NCBI GenBank assembly: GCA_030390025.1
Contig: CM059432.1
Span: forward strand, 81,718,001-81,782,000
Reading direction: 5' to 3'
Length of the DNA stretch: 64,000 nt
Source of the DNA: Squalus acanthias
Taxonomy: Eukaryota
A program made the translations under genes and the position numbers. The notes under the pieces were generated by a model. The model did no database searches and had not been told where the DNA came from. It saw only the letters and a program-made list of their open reading frames with translations. Shown here in pieces: positions 12,151 through 24,232 of this stretch (position 1 is its first letter; the number at the start of each line of letters is the position of its first letter).

Positions 12151-15077
12151 TAAACTAACTTGGCAGGGGGATGAGATACGGAGTGGAGCTATAGTAGGGG
12201 TGATGCACAGCCAAATATAGAGGAAAAAACAAGTCAGCCTGGAAGGCAGAGCAAATATGTAATGGCACAAGGGAGTATGGCAAGGCTGGATGGCATTTAT
12301 TTTAATGCAAGGAGTCTTGCGAGTAAGGCAGATGAATTGAAGGTGTTGATGAACACATAGGAGTATGATATTGTTGCTATCACAGAGACATGGTTGAGGG
12401 AGGGGCAGGACTGGCAGCTCAATATTCCGGGGTATAGAATCTTCAGGCGAGACAGAGGGGTGTATAAAAAGGAGGGGGTGTCGCAATATTAATCAAGGAG
12501 TTAATTACTGCTGTAAGGAGGGATGATACCTTAGCAGGTTCCTCTAATGAGGCCATATGGGTAGAACTTAAAAACAAAAAGGGGGCAAGCACTTTGCTGG
12601 GAGTGTACTATAGGCCCCCAGTCAGGGGGAGATAGAGAAACAGATATGTAGGCAAATCTCAGAGAAGTGTAGAAATAATAGGGTAATAATAGTAGGGGAT
12701 TTCAACTTCCCCAATATTAACTGGGATAGTCAGAGTGTGAAAGGCTTAGAGGGTGTGGAATTCTTAAAGTGCATCCAGGAGAGCTTTTTGAGCCAGCATG
12801 TAGAAAGTCCTACAAGAGAGGGGGCGGTACTGGACCTAATTCTAGGGAATGTAGCTGGGCAAGTGGTAGAAGTGTCAGTAGGAGAGCATTTTGGTGACAG
12901 TGACCATAATTCGGTAAGATTTAAGGTAGTCATGGAAAAGGACAAAGATGGACCGGAAATAAAGGTTCTAAATTGATGGGAAGGCCGATTTTAATATGAT
13001 AAGGCAGGATCTGGCCAAAGTGGACTGGGATCAGCTACTTGTAGGAAAATCCACATCAGAGCAGTGGGAGTCTTTCAGAAAGGAAATAGAGAGAGTACAA
13101 CGCCAACATGTTCCCATAAAGGTCAAGGGTGGGACCAACAAGCCCCGGGAACCCTGGATGTCAAGGGATATACAAGAATGGATTAGGAAAAAAAGGGAGG
13201 CTTTTGGCAGATACAAAGGACTAAAAACAGTGGAAGCCCGAGAGGAGTATAGAAAGTGCAGAGGGTACTTAAAAAAGAAATTAGGAGAGCGAAGAGGGGG
13301 CATGAAAAAACACTGGCGGGCAAAATAAAGGAAAATCCCAAGGTGTTTTATAAGTATATTAAGGGCAAGAGGATAACCAGGGAAAGAGTAGGGCCCATTA
13401 GGGACCAAAGTGGCAATCGGTGTGTAGAGCCGGAAGATGTGGGTGAGGTTTTAAATTAATATTTTGCATCTGTGTTCACTATGGAGAAGGACGATGTAGG
13501 CATAGAAATCAGGCAGGGGGATTGTGATATACTTGAACAAATTAGTATTGAGAGGGAGGAGGTACGAGCGGTTTTAGCGGGCTTAAAAGTGGATAAATCC
13601 CCAGGCCCAGACGAGATGTATCCCAGGCTGCTGTGTGAGGCAAGGGAGGAGATTGCAGGGGCTCTGACACAAATTTTCAGAACCTCTCTGGCCACAGGGG
13701 AGGTGCCAGAGGACTGGAGAACAGCTAACGTAGTACCATTAATCAAGAAGGGTAGTAGGGATAAACCAGGGAATTACAGGCCAGTGAGCCTAACATCAGT
13801 GGTAGGGAAATTATTGGAAAAAATTCTGAGGGACAGAATTAGTCTCCACTTGGAGAGGCAAGAATTAATCAAGGATAGTCAGCATGGCTTTGTCAGGGGG
13901 AGATCATGTCTAACCAATTTGATTGAATTTTTCGAGAAGGTGACTCGGTGTGTGGATGAGGGTAGTGCAGTTGATGTAGTCTACATGGACTTCAGTAAGG
14001 CTTTTGACAAAGTCCTGCATGGGAGACTGGTCAAGAAGGTAAGAGCCCATGGGATCCAGGGCAATTTGGCACATTGGATCCAAAATTGGCTTAGTGGCAG
14101 GAGGCAGAGGGTGATGGTCGAAGGTTGTTTTTGTGACTGGAAGCCTGTGTCCAGTGGTGTACCGCAGGGATCGGTGCTGGGTCCTTTGCTGTTTGTAGCG
14201 TACATTAATGATTTAGATATGAATGTAGGAGGTATGATCAGCAAGTTCGCAGATGACATGAAAATTGGTGGAGTGCTAAATGGCGAGGAGGGAAGGCTCA
14301 GGCTGCAGGATGATATAGATGGGTTGGTCAGATGGGCAGAACAGTGGCAAATGGAATTTAACCCTGAAAAGTGTGAGGTGATGCATTTTGGGAGGACTAA
14401 CAAGGCAAGGGAATACACAATGAATGGTAGGACCCTGGGAAGGACAGAGGATCAGAGGGACCTTGATGTGCATGTACATAGATCCCTGAAGACAGGTAGA
14501 TAAGGTGGTTGAAAAGGCATATGGGATACTTGCCTTCATTAGCCGAGGCATAGAATATAAGAGCAGGGAGGTTATGATGGAGCTGTACAAAACGCTAGTT
14601 AGGCCACAGCTGGAATACTGTGTGCAGTTCTGGTCGCCACACTATAGGAAGGATGTGATTGCATTGGAGAGGGTGCAGAGGAGATTCATCGGGATGTTAC
14701 CTGGGCTGGAGCGCTTCAGCTATGGAGAGAGACTGGACAGGCTGGGGTTGTTTTCCTTAGAGCAGAGAAGGCTGAGGGGGGACCTGATTGAGGTGTACAA
14801 AATTATGAGCGGCATAGATAGGGTAGCTAGAAAGGAACTTTTCCCCTTAGTAGAGGGGTCAATAACCAGGGGGCATAGTTTCAAGGTAAGGGGCAGGAGG
14901 TTTAGAGGGGATTTGAGGAAAAACTTTTTCACCCAGAGGGTGGTTGGAATCTGGAACTCACTGCCTGAAAGGGTGGTAGAGGCGGGAACCCTCACAACAT
15001 TCATGAAGCATTTAGATGAGCACTTGAAACGCCATAGCATACAAGGCTACGGACCAAGTGCTGGAAAATGGGATTAG
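12150..15077 (+). pseudogene. CR1 ORF2p: endonuclease-reverse transcriptase
   Basis: YFNARSL, ITETWL, GDFNFP, PTREGAVLDLIL, SDHNSV, NYRPVSLTSVVGK, MDFSKAFDKV, GVPQGSVLGPLLF and KFADD in broken frames. Confidence 0.93.
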
Positions 15078-15149
15078 AATAGATAGGGCTTGATGGCCAG
15101 CGCGGACACGATGGGCCGAAGGGCCTCTTTCTGTGCTGGATAACTCACT

Positions 15150-15852
15150 GGGCTGGATTTTCATTGACCCGTGGAGGCGGGTTTGGAGGTGTGTGAGAGG
15201 TTAAAATTGCGAAAACTGGCGGCCGGGCACAAGCCCACCTCCATCCCGCCTCCACGCAATTTTCATTAAATTGTGTCTGCTAGTCCTGACTCCGTCCCGC
15301 CTCCAAGAGGCGGGATAGGCTGTTAACGCCCTTAACAAGCACTAAATTGCCTCTATAATGCCATTTTGAAAGGCCTTTGTGATTTTAACCCTTTTTCTAC
15401 GTGAAGCACGCCTGTTCTGAACCACGAATGTGAAACCTGGCGGGAGCACATTTGGATAGCTGACTATCAGCTGCAGGTCCACTATTACAATGGAGATGTA
15501 GTAGTAGTAGGGGGAGGAGGAGGAGGAGGAGACATATCTGGGAGTGGAGGTGGTGGTGCTAAAATATCTGGGAGCAGACTTAGGGCTGCTGCTGCTCATT
15601 TTTCATCCAGGTCCTCTCACAGCAAAGGCCAGGCAGTCTTTGCAGACCTTTAATGCAGCAGCAATGATGACATCATCAGAGGCGACTTTCAGACTGAAAA
15701 CACTAATTGGTTCATGGGTTCCCACATGCTGGAACTCAATTGCCCAATTAGGTGAAAATCGCATCAATCTCCCACATCCAATTGCAGACGGGTGGATAAC
15801 ACGAAAAGTGGATAACACGACCCCAACCCGCCCCAGTATCAAAATCCAGCTC
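15150..15852 (-). mobile_element. Harbinger-type MITE, family C
   Basis: TIRs GGGCTGGATTTT / AAAATCCAGCTC. Reverse complement of 43873-44534. Inserted in the CR1 3' tail. Confidence 0.88.
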
Positions 15853-16019
15853 TATGACTCTATCTATCTCCATCTCATTCAGTTTTGCTTCTCAATAGAA
15901 TGTGAAAAAATCCACTATTATTTTTACCTTATGAATGAACACTGCAGTAATTTGTGTCGATGCTAAGTTTGAACACTTTGGAGGGAATTTTAATAGTAAA
16001 GAGCACGTGGGTTTGGGTT

Positions 16020-16985
16020 CAGGAGGGTCGTGTACAGGCAGAGGCTCAGCTTCCTAGACCTCTCGGAAGAGCAGTGCTTCCGGAGGTTGAGATTGTCGCA
16101 TCAGGAGGTGGCAGACATATGCGGACTCCAAGAAGAAGACTTGCTCCCTGCTGGACCTGGTGGCTGCGCATTACCATTGGCTGTGAAAGTGACCACTGCC
16201 ATCAACATTTTTTGCCTCTGGATCCTTCCAGGATGCTACCAGAGACATAACCAGGATCTCACAGTTGGCTGCACATAAATTCATAAAGCAGGTCACTGAT
16301 GGTTTGTTTGCCAGGGCCAACAATTATGTCAACTTTGCCTGTGATGACTCCAGTCAGAATGAGTGGACACTCGGGTTTACATCTCTGGCGGGCTTCCAAC
16401 AGGTGCAGGGCGTCAACGACTGCACACACATAGCAATCCACACATTCCCAGATCAACCAGGAGTTCCATTCCATCAATATGCAGCCACATGAAAAGGTTT
16501 CTTCAGGTGTGAGCCAGATTCCCAGGGAGTTGCCATGATGCTTTCATCCTGCGGCAGTCCAAGCTCCCTGACCTCTTTGGACCTGCAAGCAAACTTAAAA
16601 GGTACCCGCTTCAAACTTGACTGATGACACCAGTGAGAAACCTAACCAATAAAGCCCAAAAGGGGTGCAACACAGCCATATTACCACCAGATGTGTCACT
16701 GAGCAAGTGATAGGCATGCTCAAGATGCGCTTCAGATGCCTGGACAGATCTGGAGGCACACTTCAGGACTCACCAGCCAGGGTCTCCAGAATGATCATGG
16801 TGTGCTGCACTCTGCACTCTGCACAACATTGCACAGAAGTGAGGATTGGAGCTACAGGAGGAACAAGGCTCTGAGCACACATCGTCTGTGGACGAATCCA
16901 ATGAAGAGTAGGAGGTGCAGGAAGAGGAAAAGGAAGAGGAGGAGGAGAAGGAGGAGGATGAGAAGGAGGAGGAAGATGGTGCTCC
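16020..16985 (+). pseudogene. Harbinger transposase pseudogene with acidic tail
   Basis: YRQRLSFLDLSEEQCFRRLRLS, LPLAVKVTTAIN, GFQQVQGVNDCTHIAI, TRCVTEQVIGMLKMRFRCLDRSGGTLQ and CCTLH, followed by an E/D-rich run. Frameshifted. Confidence 0.88.
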
Positions 16986-17412
16986 GAATGCAGCACCAGC
17001 CACTTACACTGCTGCCCGGGATGCCAGGGATTCCCTTATAGCTGTAAGGTTCAGTTATTCATTACCAAGATCTGTGAAGGACCACCTCCGTTCCTCTCCC
17101 TCTCCCTAGTGTACTGTGCTCCTATCTCCTGCAAGGAGGGAAAGAAGAGACCTATGAGTGAGTGCAATGGCATGTGTTCAACCGATGGATGGAGTGCATT
17201 TGGTGAGGGTGGCTATCAGGGAGAGACATCAAATTGCATAAGGATGAGGGTGAGTGGCATTGGTGGATGGATAGATGGGAATGTGAGGAAGTGCGTAGAA
17301 AGAGAAGGATGGGTGCACTTACAAGATAAGTGGGTGTGAGCAGTGATATGATGGAGTAGACTTGACAAGGCAGAGTGAGGGAGAGGAGCAGTGATGTGCA
17401 TAACAGCATGTA

Positions 17413-17997
17413 GGGGTTACGGTAGCATAGTAGTTATGTTACTGGACTAGTAATTCAGCGGCCTGGACTAATGATCTGCAGGCGTGACTTCAGATCTACA
17501 TGTCTGGATGAGTGCAGCTCCAACAACACTCAAGAAGCTTGACACCATCCAGAACAAAACAGCCTGCTTGATCGGCACCACATCTGCCACCTCAAACATT
17601 CACTCCCTCCACCACCGGCGTACTGTGGCTGCAGTGTGTACCATCTACAAAATGCACTGCAGCAACTCGCCAAGGCTTCTTCGGCAGCATCTCCCAAACC
17701 CGTGACCTCTACCACCAAAAGGACAAGGGCAGCAGGCGCATGGGAACACCACCACCTCCAGTTTCTCTCCAAGTCACACACCATCCTGACTTGAAAGTAT
17801 ATCGCCGTTCCTTCATCGTCGCTGGGCCAAAATCCTGGAACTCCCTCCCTAACAGCACTGTGGGAGTACCTTCACCACACGGACTACAGCGGTTCAAGAA
17901 GGTGGTTCACCACCACCTTCTCAAGGGCAATTAGGGATGGGCAATAAATGCTGGCCTTGTCAGCAACGCCCACATCCCATGAACGAATAATAAAAAA
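17413..17997 (+). mobile_element. SINE-like head fused to the 3' ~500 bp of a CR1-group (L2/Crack-like) LINE
   Basis: tRNA-like GGTAGCATAGTAGTTATGTTACTGGACTAGTAAT head, then WMSAAPTTLKKLDTIQ...LPNP coding sequence and the GGGCAATTAGGGATGGGCAATAAATGCTGGCC tail shared with 27143-28400. Confidence 0.75.
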
Positions 17998-18240
17998 GGT
18001 GAATGTGCAACTGTATTCAACTTTCCTGACCTGGTTAGGTCATTAAAGTGCATCCTGCACTGAAGCCAAGAGCGTGGCACAATGCTCCTGCTGTTGACCT
18101 CCTGGGCCACCTCCAGCCACACCTTCTTTGTAGCAGCAGCAGGGAAAGAGTATCTCTCTCCTACTCCTCACTGCACCTAGTAGCACATCACGGGATGCGT
18201 CATTACATCTTGGTGCAGCCGATGCTCATTTTAAATCCAT
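17998..18240 (-). pseudogene. Harbinger Myb/SANT-like DNA-binding ORF remnant
   Basis: AAPRCNDASRDVLLGAVRSRREILFP...VWLEVAQEVNSRSIVPRSWLQCRMHFNDLTRSGK. Confidence 0.82.
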
Positions 18241-19311
18241 CACAGCACTTCTCCCTCACTTTGCTGCAACTCCTATCTCCTCCAAATTCCATCCTTGGAT
18301 TGGCCTTTTAAATGTTCCAATTGCAATTGCGTCATGCGGGTCTGCACCATGCCCGCTGTCGCACATTCAACGCTAAACCCTGAAGTAATATTATAAAGAG
18401 GTAGCTCTGTTGAAATACCACAAACCAGTGCGCTGAAATTTCTTTCGGGTTTTGCACCCCATATCGCACCTCCCTCCCCGCTCCAAATGTGCCTCAGGGC
18501 CTTTGTATTTTTAGATAATTTGTAAAAGTATTTTGAATGTTGCGTGGTGTACTATGTCTATTATCTGGGACATGCTGGTAAGGTCCTTTTAAATTGTAAC
18601 AAAGCATGCTTTCATTGCAGAGCTCATTCCTCACTGAATCCAAATCAGAAACCGAAATAAGAATTTTGTATTTGAAGTATCGTATCATTCCCTCAATATC
18701 ACTGCTGAAAAATAAGGGCCCTATTCACAAATCTTTTCCCACTCTTCAATAATGTGCAATAGAGAAATCAAATGTTCTGCAGCATATGTCTCTTGATATC
18801 TTGATACATAATGCAGAATTTTATTTTCTTCTGTTGTCAGGTGCTCCCATATTTTCATCTTCCTGGGTTTTTTTTACCAAGCCGTGGGGATATATTTTAT
18901 GAGTTTGTAAATATTTTTATGTCAAATTCTGTCATTAAAATCTATGTTTGTTGTTGGAAATTCTTTTCATATTCAGTAGCCCCAATTGATGCCTGCATAT
19001 TGATATGTGCTTCAACAGGAAACATAAGGGAATGTTCAAAAAGAACTGACTGCACTGCTCTGTAAAAGCTATCAAGAGAGAAATGCTTGAGGTGGCAGTA
19101 ACAACGCAGCTGAGGGCGCAGACTGTTCGGTGTGAGACTTATCATAAAAGGAGGACTAATATCATACTGGCACATTGCCATCTTCTTCAGAAATATTCAC
19201 TCCTTAAGGGTAAAATTGATTTTGGGTAGTCCCACAAAACAAGCGATAGCAAATCAGCAGCCCGTTTTACGCCCTGCCACATTTTCTTTTCTAATTTCAA
19301 CCCCCTTGTGT

Positions 19312-19500
19312 CCTGTTCCCATTGGCGGAAGGGTCGAGATCCAGAGGACACAGATTTAAGGTGATTGGCAAAAGAACCAAAGGCGACATGAGGAAAAACT
19401 TTTTTATGCAGCGAGTGGTTAGGATCTGGAATGCACTGCCTGAGAGGGTGGTGGAGGCAGATTCAATCGTGGCTTTCAAAAGGGAATTGGATAAGTATCT
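19312..19500 (+). mobile_element. CR1 3' coding fragment
   Basis: RGHRFKVIGKRTKGDMRKNFFMQRVVRIWNALPERVVEADS. Confidence 0.9.
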
Positions 19501-19576
19501 GCAGCCAATGCTGCACTAAAGTCCAACGTAAAGTACATTATTTTCTATCTTACAAGAGGGAGCGTAAATATAAAAA

Positions 19577-19808
19577 TCATAGAATCATACAATCATAGAA
19601 TGGTTACAGCACAGAAGGAGGCCATTCGGCCCATTGAGCCCGTGCTGGCTCTCTGCAAGAGCACTTCAGCTAGTCCTACTCCCCCGCCCTTTCCCCGTAG
19701 CCCTGCAAAAATGTTTCCTTCAGATACTTATCCAATTCCCTTTTGAAAGCCGTGATTGAGTCTGTCTCCACCACCCTTTCAGGTAGTGCATTCCAGATCC
19801 TAACCACA
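19577..19808 (-). mobile_element. CR1 3' end
   Basis: (ATCATAGA)n tail and GGCCATTCGGCCC hairpin in reverse orientation. Confidence 0.9.
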
Positions 19809-19809
19809 G

Positions 19810-20213
19810 AGTTGGGGATGCGGAGAGTCTCGAACCTCCGCAGCAGAGATGACAGATGGCTGCTGCATTCTCCAATGCATCAACCAACTAATTTCTGCTA
19901 AATAAAGCGGTTGGATGAGTCTTGAATTCAGGAACTCATCAAACTACAGAGAATGTCAGTGTTTGACAGCTTCACAGAGCTGTCAAACGATGACAATTCA
20001 TCTGTCAAAAATTTTTGACAGATGAAACGTCATACGTTGACGTTCTCTGTCACCGGCTTCCCCTTAATTTACCTGCTAAGCCCGCTTGGCGGGCTTAACA
20101 AGGTCAATCAAGGGAAAATAGCGTGGGTTGGCCAGAAGTTGATGGAGGCGGGACTGAAACCCGACAAGTGGGAGTCCCGCCTCCAAAAGCTCCCCATTGG
20201 CAAAATCCAGCCC
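19810..20213. mobile_element. Harbinger-type element end fragment
   Basis: Ends in TIR AAAATCCAGCCC. The segment GGGCTTAACAAGGTCAATCAAGGGAAAAT matches about 990-1020. Confidence 0.6.
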
Positions 20214-20557
20214 TCTGTTTCCTGTCACTTAGCCACTTTCATATCCATGCTACCACTGTCCCTTTTATTCCATGGACTTCAACTTTGCTGGCAAGCCTAT
20301 TATGTGGTACTTTATCAAACGCCTTTTGGAAATCCATGTGCACCATGTCAACCGCATTGTCCTCATCAACCCTCTCTGTTACCTCATCAGAAAACTCGAT
20401 CAAGTTAGTTAAACACAATTTTCCTTTAACAAATCCGTGCTGGCTTTCCTTAATTAATCCTCACTTGTCCAAGTGACTGTTAACTTTGTCCCTGATTATC
20501 GTTTCTAAAAGCTTCCCCACTACCGAGGTTAAACTGACTGGCCTGTAGTTGCTGGGC
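20214..20557 (-). mobile_element. CR1 RT fragment
   Basis: Antisense ORF 20123-20476 matches the minus-strand CR1 RT region seen elsewhere. Confidence 0.85.
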
Positions 20558-20564
20558 TATAAAT

Positions 20565-21185
20565 TAGAACTATAATCCTTTTCTTTCCTTGTACAAGGCC
20601 TTGGTCCAGCTGCATCAATACTGTGCCCGATTTTGGTCCACTGACATGGTGGTGGCTATCAAGGCCCTGGGAAAGGCTCAACGGAGTGCCAATTGATTGC
20701 TACCTAGTTTAAAGGCCTTTGTAATCACGATAGTTAATAGTGAGGTGGGGCTTTTTAGTGTAGACTTCAAGGGGATATGTTTAAGGTCTTTAAAGTAATT
20801 ACGGGATTAGATTCTGTCCAGGTGGACAGATTATTGATCTAGATAGACAGGGTAGGATGAGAGCGACATCAGTACATTATAAAAGATCGGTTAGGCTAGA
20901 TCCCAGGAAGTAGTTTTTTTTGCAGAGAGTTGTTGACCTCTGGAATAGGTTTCCAGTGCATATGGTGAGTGTGAATTTACTGGAAAGTGTTCAAAAAGGA
21001 ACTGGATGAGTTCCTGCGAGTACAAAGCATCTCAAGTTATAGAACGTAGGTGGGTTAATAGGGACTAATGATATCAATTACAATGGATGTGGTTGTGGTG
21101 CGTCGAGGTTGCAGTATGTTGGGATGGGACAGGCTTGATGGGTCAGCTGGGATTTTCCTGTCCTTTTTCATACGTTCATGTGTGA
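20565..21185 (+). mobile_element. Ancient, heavily diverged CR1 3' end
   Basis: Decayed YKALV.PQL.YC..FWSP and FFQRVVDLWN equivalents, then a GGACAGGCTTGATGGGTCAGCTGG 3' UTR-like motif. Confidence 0.55.
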
Positions 21186-22324
21186 CTACTATAAATCTAC
21201 AGTGTGTCATTGCTTCTGTTCACTTAGTCATTTACTGGTTAATTAGTCAATTTGGCAGTTTGTTGCTTAAGCCACGGTCTAGTGAAGTGTTTATTCTATG
21301 ATCAGGCACTCACAGCTAGGAGCAGCGCATGAAGGGAGCGCAGCTTAGGACATTCTAGGTCCGCAGCCCACAATTGTCTGGATAATCACGGGATGTGGGC
21401 CTGTGACCTGAGTGCCCTTGAAGCATTTCTCCTAAAGGGGTCGGTAAGAAATTTTCCATATTATTTTTCCCTAATTGGCCTGAATTTTTACCTGGTTTGT
21501 CACCTCTCCCAGGAGATTATATGGCGGGTAGGGAGTGTCTGTATACTGGCGTATAAGGTATCGCAACTGCACAGGGCAGGCTGGATGAACCAGTGGGTCT
21601 TTTTTTAAGACAGTTATTTTCATATGTTTGTAAAGATACCACATGTCCCAGTAGCACAGCCTCAATTTCTGCCCTCAAATTAACCAGCGGAAAATTGGGT
21701 GCCCTGCAAATCGGACACACAACGTTAGGCACCCAATTTTCCAACCTGTCCTGCTGCCAGTCACCAGCAGGGACTCTCAAAATTGGGCCTTTCATTATTA
21801 GGTCCAATTCTCTCTTTAAACATTTCCTTCTCCCAGCATCTGTCTTTCTGACCTTTTGGTCGTGGGTCAGCTCACGAACACAAAAGCATACAATTTGCTG
21901 CCTTTACCATGACATTGCAACAATGGCTGCAGCTGACCCACTTCAATATTGCTAGGCTATAGAGATTTTAAACTCTTCTCTTTATTTTAACTGTGTTAGA
22001 AATATGCAGAAATCACCAAAATCAGTGGCAACATTTATCGAGCCTTCAATACAGTTCCTCATACGTGAATTGATTGAAATGATCGTAGACATGATGATAC
22101 ACAGATTGATGGGCTCGACTGCTTTGTAGTCACTCCACACACTACTGCAACAGCCGCAGCAGTATTAGGTGTCAGGCATGTTCAAATTCTGCTCTTTATT
22201 TAAACTCTGTTAGAAAAATTGAAAAGGACTGACCAATGTGACAATTGAATTTGCAAATGATGTTCCAATGATTTATTCTACTTGTTCTTTTTGGATTCTC
22301 AAAAAAAATTATAAAATTCCTTTA

Positions 22325-22509
22325 AGGGAAACTAAGTGGTGCACTGCATCAGACACTGGCCAATCAGCTCTCAGTTCAGGGTTCAAATACAGCCCAAACG
22401 GACAGGATTCAATTCTCTGCTGTATGCTATGCGAAATGAGTTTGGGCAATCTCAATTCAGATCCGAGCGAGCATGGATCTACAGCGCAAAACAGTCTCTA
22501 ATATACAAT
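22325..22509 (+). mobile_element. LF-SINE-like ancient SINE 5' part
   Basis: B-box-like GGTTCAAATACAGCCCA, then CTATGCGAAATGAGTT and TCTCAATTCAGATCC...CAAAAC, collinear with the LF-SINE consensus as I recall it. Confidence 0.55.
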
Positions 22510-23330
22510 GGCCCATAATTTCCAATAGGAGGCTTCCTGCATGTGGATGCCTCCGATCAGAAAAAAATCTACGAACTTACCTGAGGGCTCCCGAGGTCCG
22601 GACACTTCCGCTCCTGGGCCTCTCCACAGTCGAAATGCGCAGGGCCCACGTATCCCAGGGGCGCAGGCAGTTTGCAAGCGTCCCTGGGATCACGTGGGCC
22701 AGGCCAGCCAATAGGAGAAGGGAATCTCCCTTCATACTTTTGACAGATAGACCTGTCAAATATATGAATGGAGATCACCCCAAAAAGACACTGAAACATT
22801 AAATAATTTTTTTTTAAACCATCACGTTTTTAAAATGAGATAAAACATTTTGAAAAAAATAACTAAAGTTTTTTACGGGGCTAAAAATAAACCTACCTTT
22901 TTTAAAAGTATTTTTAAATTATAAATTAGTGAAAAATATTATGTTTTTTACTTTTTTCAACTCTTACGCAAAACTCTCCACCCGGGGAGGCCCTTCTCCA
23001 GGGCAGGTGCAGGATCTGTCAAGAGGACTCTTGACAGATCGGAAATGCCGGTTTTCAGCGCATGCGCTGTGCACGCAGCACTGGGCCCCTCCCCTTTAAT
23101 CGGGGAGAAGGCCTGCAATGCGATGTGCCGACGCGCGTGACGCTGTTGCACGTAACGCCACGAAATTCACTGGTAGCGCCCCAAGAAGGAGGGGGAGCGC
23201 TTCCAGTAGTGCCCCGCCTCCTGCTTGGGTGCTACTACTGAATGTACGGTGTGGGAGCGCTAACATTTTCAGGGCGCTAAAAGTAGCACCCTGGCAACGT
23301 TAGCGCCCCAAAGGGGGCGCCACCGAACTC
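22510..23330 (+). mobile_element. Harbinger MITE family B joined to a family A2-type right end
   Basis: 22510 to about 23070 matches 47335-48094 and 53530-54222. About 23080-23330 matches about 37640-37890. Confidence 0.75.
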
Positions 23331-24232
23331 AGTACCTGAGCACCTGTAGATTGCTATGTTCATTAAGGCTCGGATTTGAATTTAAATTATGGGTTATACC
23401 CATAATGCATTTGGAGTACTTGAACAACACTTCAAATGCTCAGCACCCTTATAAAATGGGCACTGCCTGGGATGCCTCATATCTTCAGTTGGGTCTTTGC
23501 CTTAAAGGTGTATTCTTGATTTTCTGATTGCTATGTAGTTATTTGTTATTCATTACTTCTGTACTATATTAATGCTGTGGAGAAAGCAAGTTAGTGAAAC
23601 TTAATGGGGCCTTACTGACGGTTTCTTAAAGCTGCATTGTATTTATTGTCTGTGCCTGTTTCCCCAATAAATGGTCATTATGTGCTGCTTTGAGAGAAGC
23701 TATGGGTATTATCTGGGCATCCCTCTGTATTGCCACATTCTGGAGGGGGAGGATCGGGAGAATCACGGGAGGCAACCAGCATTTCCAGATCAGTGTTCAA
23801 GTGTTCTTAAGCTGACATTTTGTTTGTCACAAAATAAGGTAGAGAATTCTGGTAAAGAAGCTGAAGCTCTTTAGACCTTATCCAAGAGAGAAACAGAGGT
23901 GTGAATTTGGTAACTAGCTGCACGTTCGCTTTGAAGAAAAATTATTTTAAAATGTTTAGTGAACAAGGAAAGCATTTAACAAAGAAAAAGTAAACAACAT
24001 TTTTATTTCCATAAAGTATAGAGCTTGCAACTGAATTTCTCAAATGTAACAGTAGATTGTTACATTTGTAACAATGTAACATTTGATGTGCTGCTGCATA
24101 AAGTCTCAAGTTAAAATGTAACAGCTGAAAATTATTTCCGAATGATTTTTTATTTTGATGATTTACTTTGTATAATGTTCTAGCCAACCTGTAACAGGTA
24201 TCAGTTATTGGTTGGAAAATATTGCAAAATGT

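Larger units (their letters stand above)
10950..15146 (+). mobile_element. Near-full-length CR1 LINE (HER1-like), inactivated
   Basis: 5' UTR, ORF1, ORF2 (APE + RT with FADD, ending QGYGPSAGKWD) and the CR1 3' hairpin ATGGGCCGAAGGGCCTCTTTCTGTGCTG are in the correct order. Several stops and frameshifts. Confidence 0.95.
15980..18495. mobile_element. Decayed two-gene PIF/Harbinger transposon (transposase +, Myb/SANT -)
   Basis: Convergent transposase and Myb remnants (see sub-features). TIR-like GGAGGGAATTTT at 15980; right boundary approximate. Confidence 0.8.

Noticed and set aside
13981..14418. Recurrent antisense ORFs (PKCITSHFSGLNSICH and similar)
   Set aside because: Shadow frames opposite the CR1 reverse transcriptase.
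16020..16985. Domesticated HARBI1 gene
   Set aside because: Multiple frameshifts and stops, a convergent Myb remnant and TIR-like ends indicate a transposon fossil.
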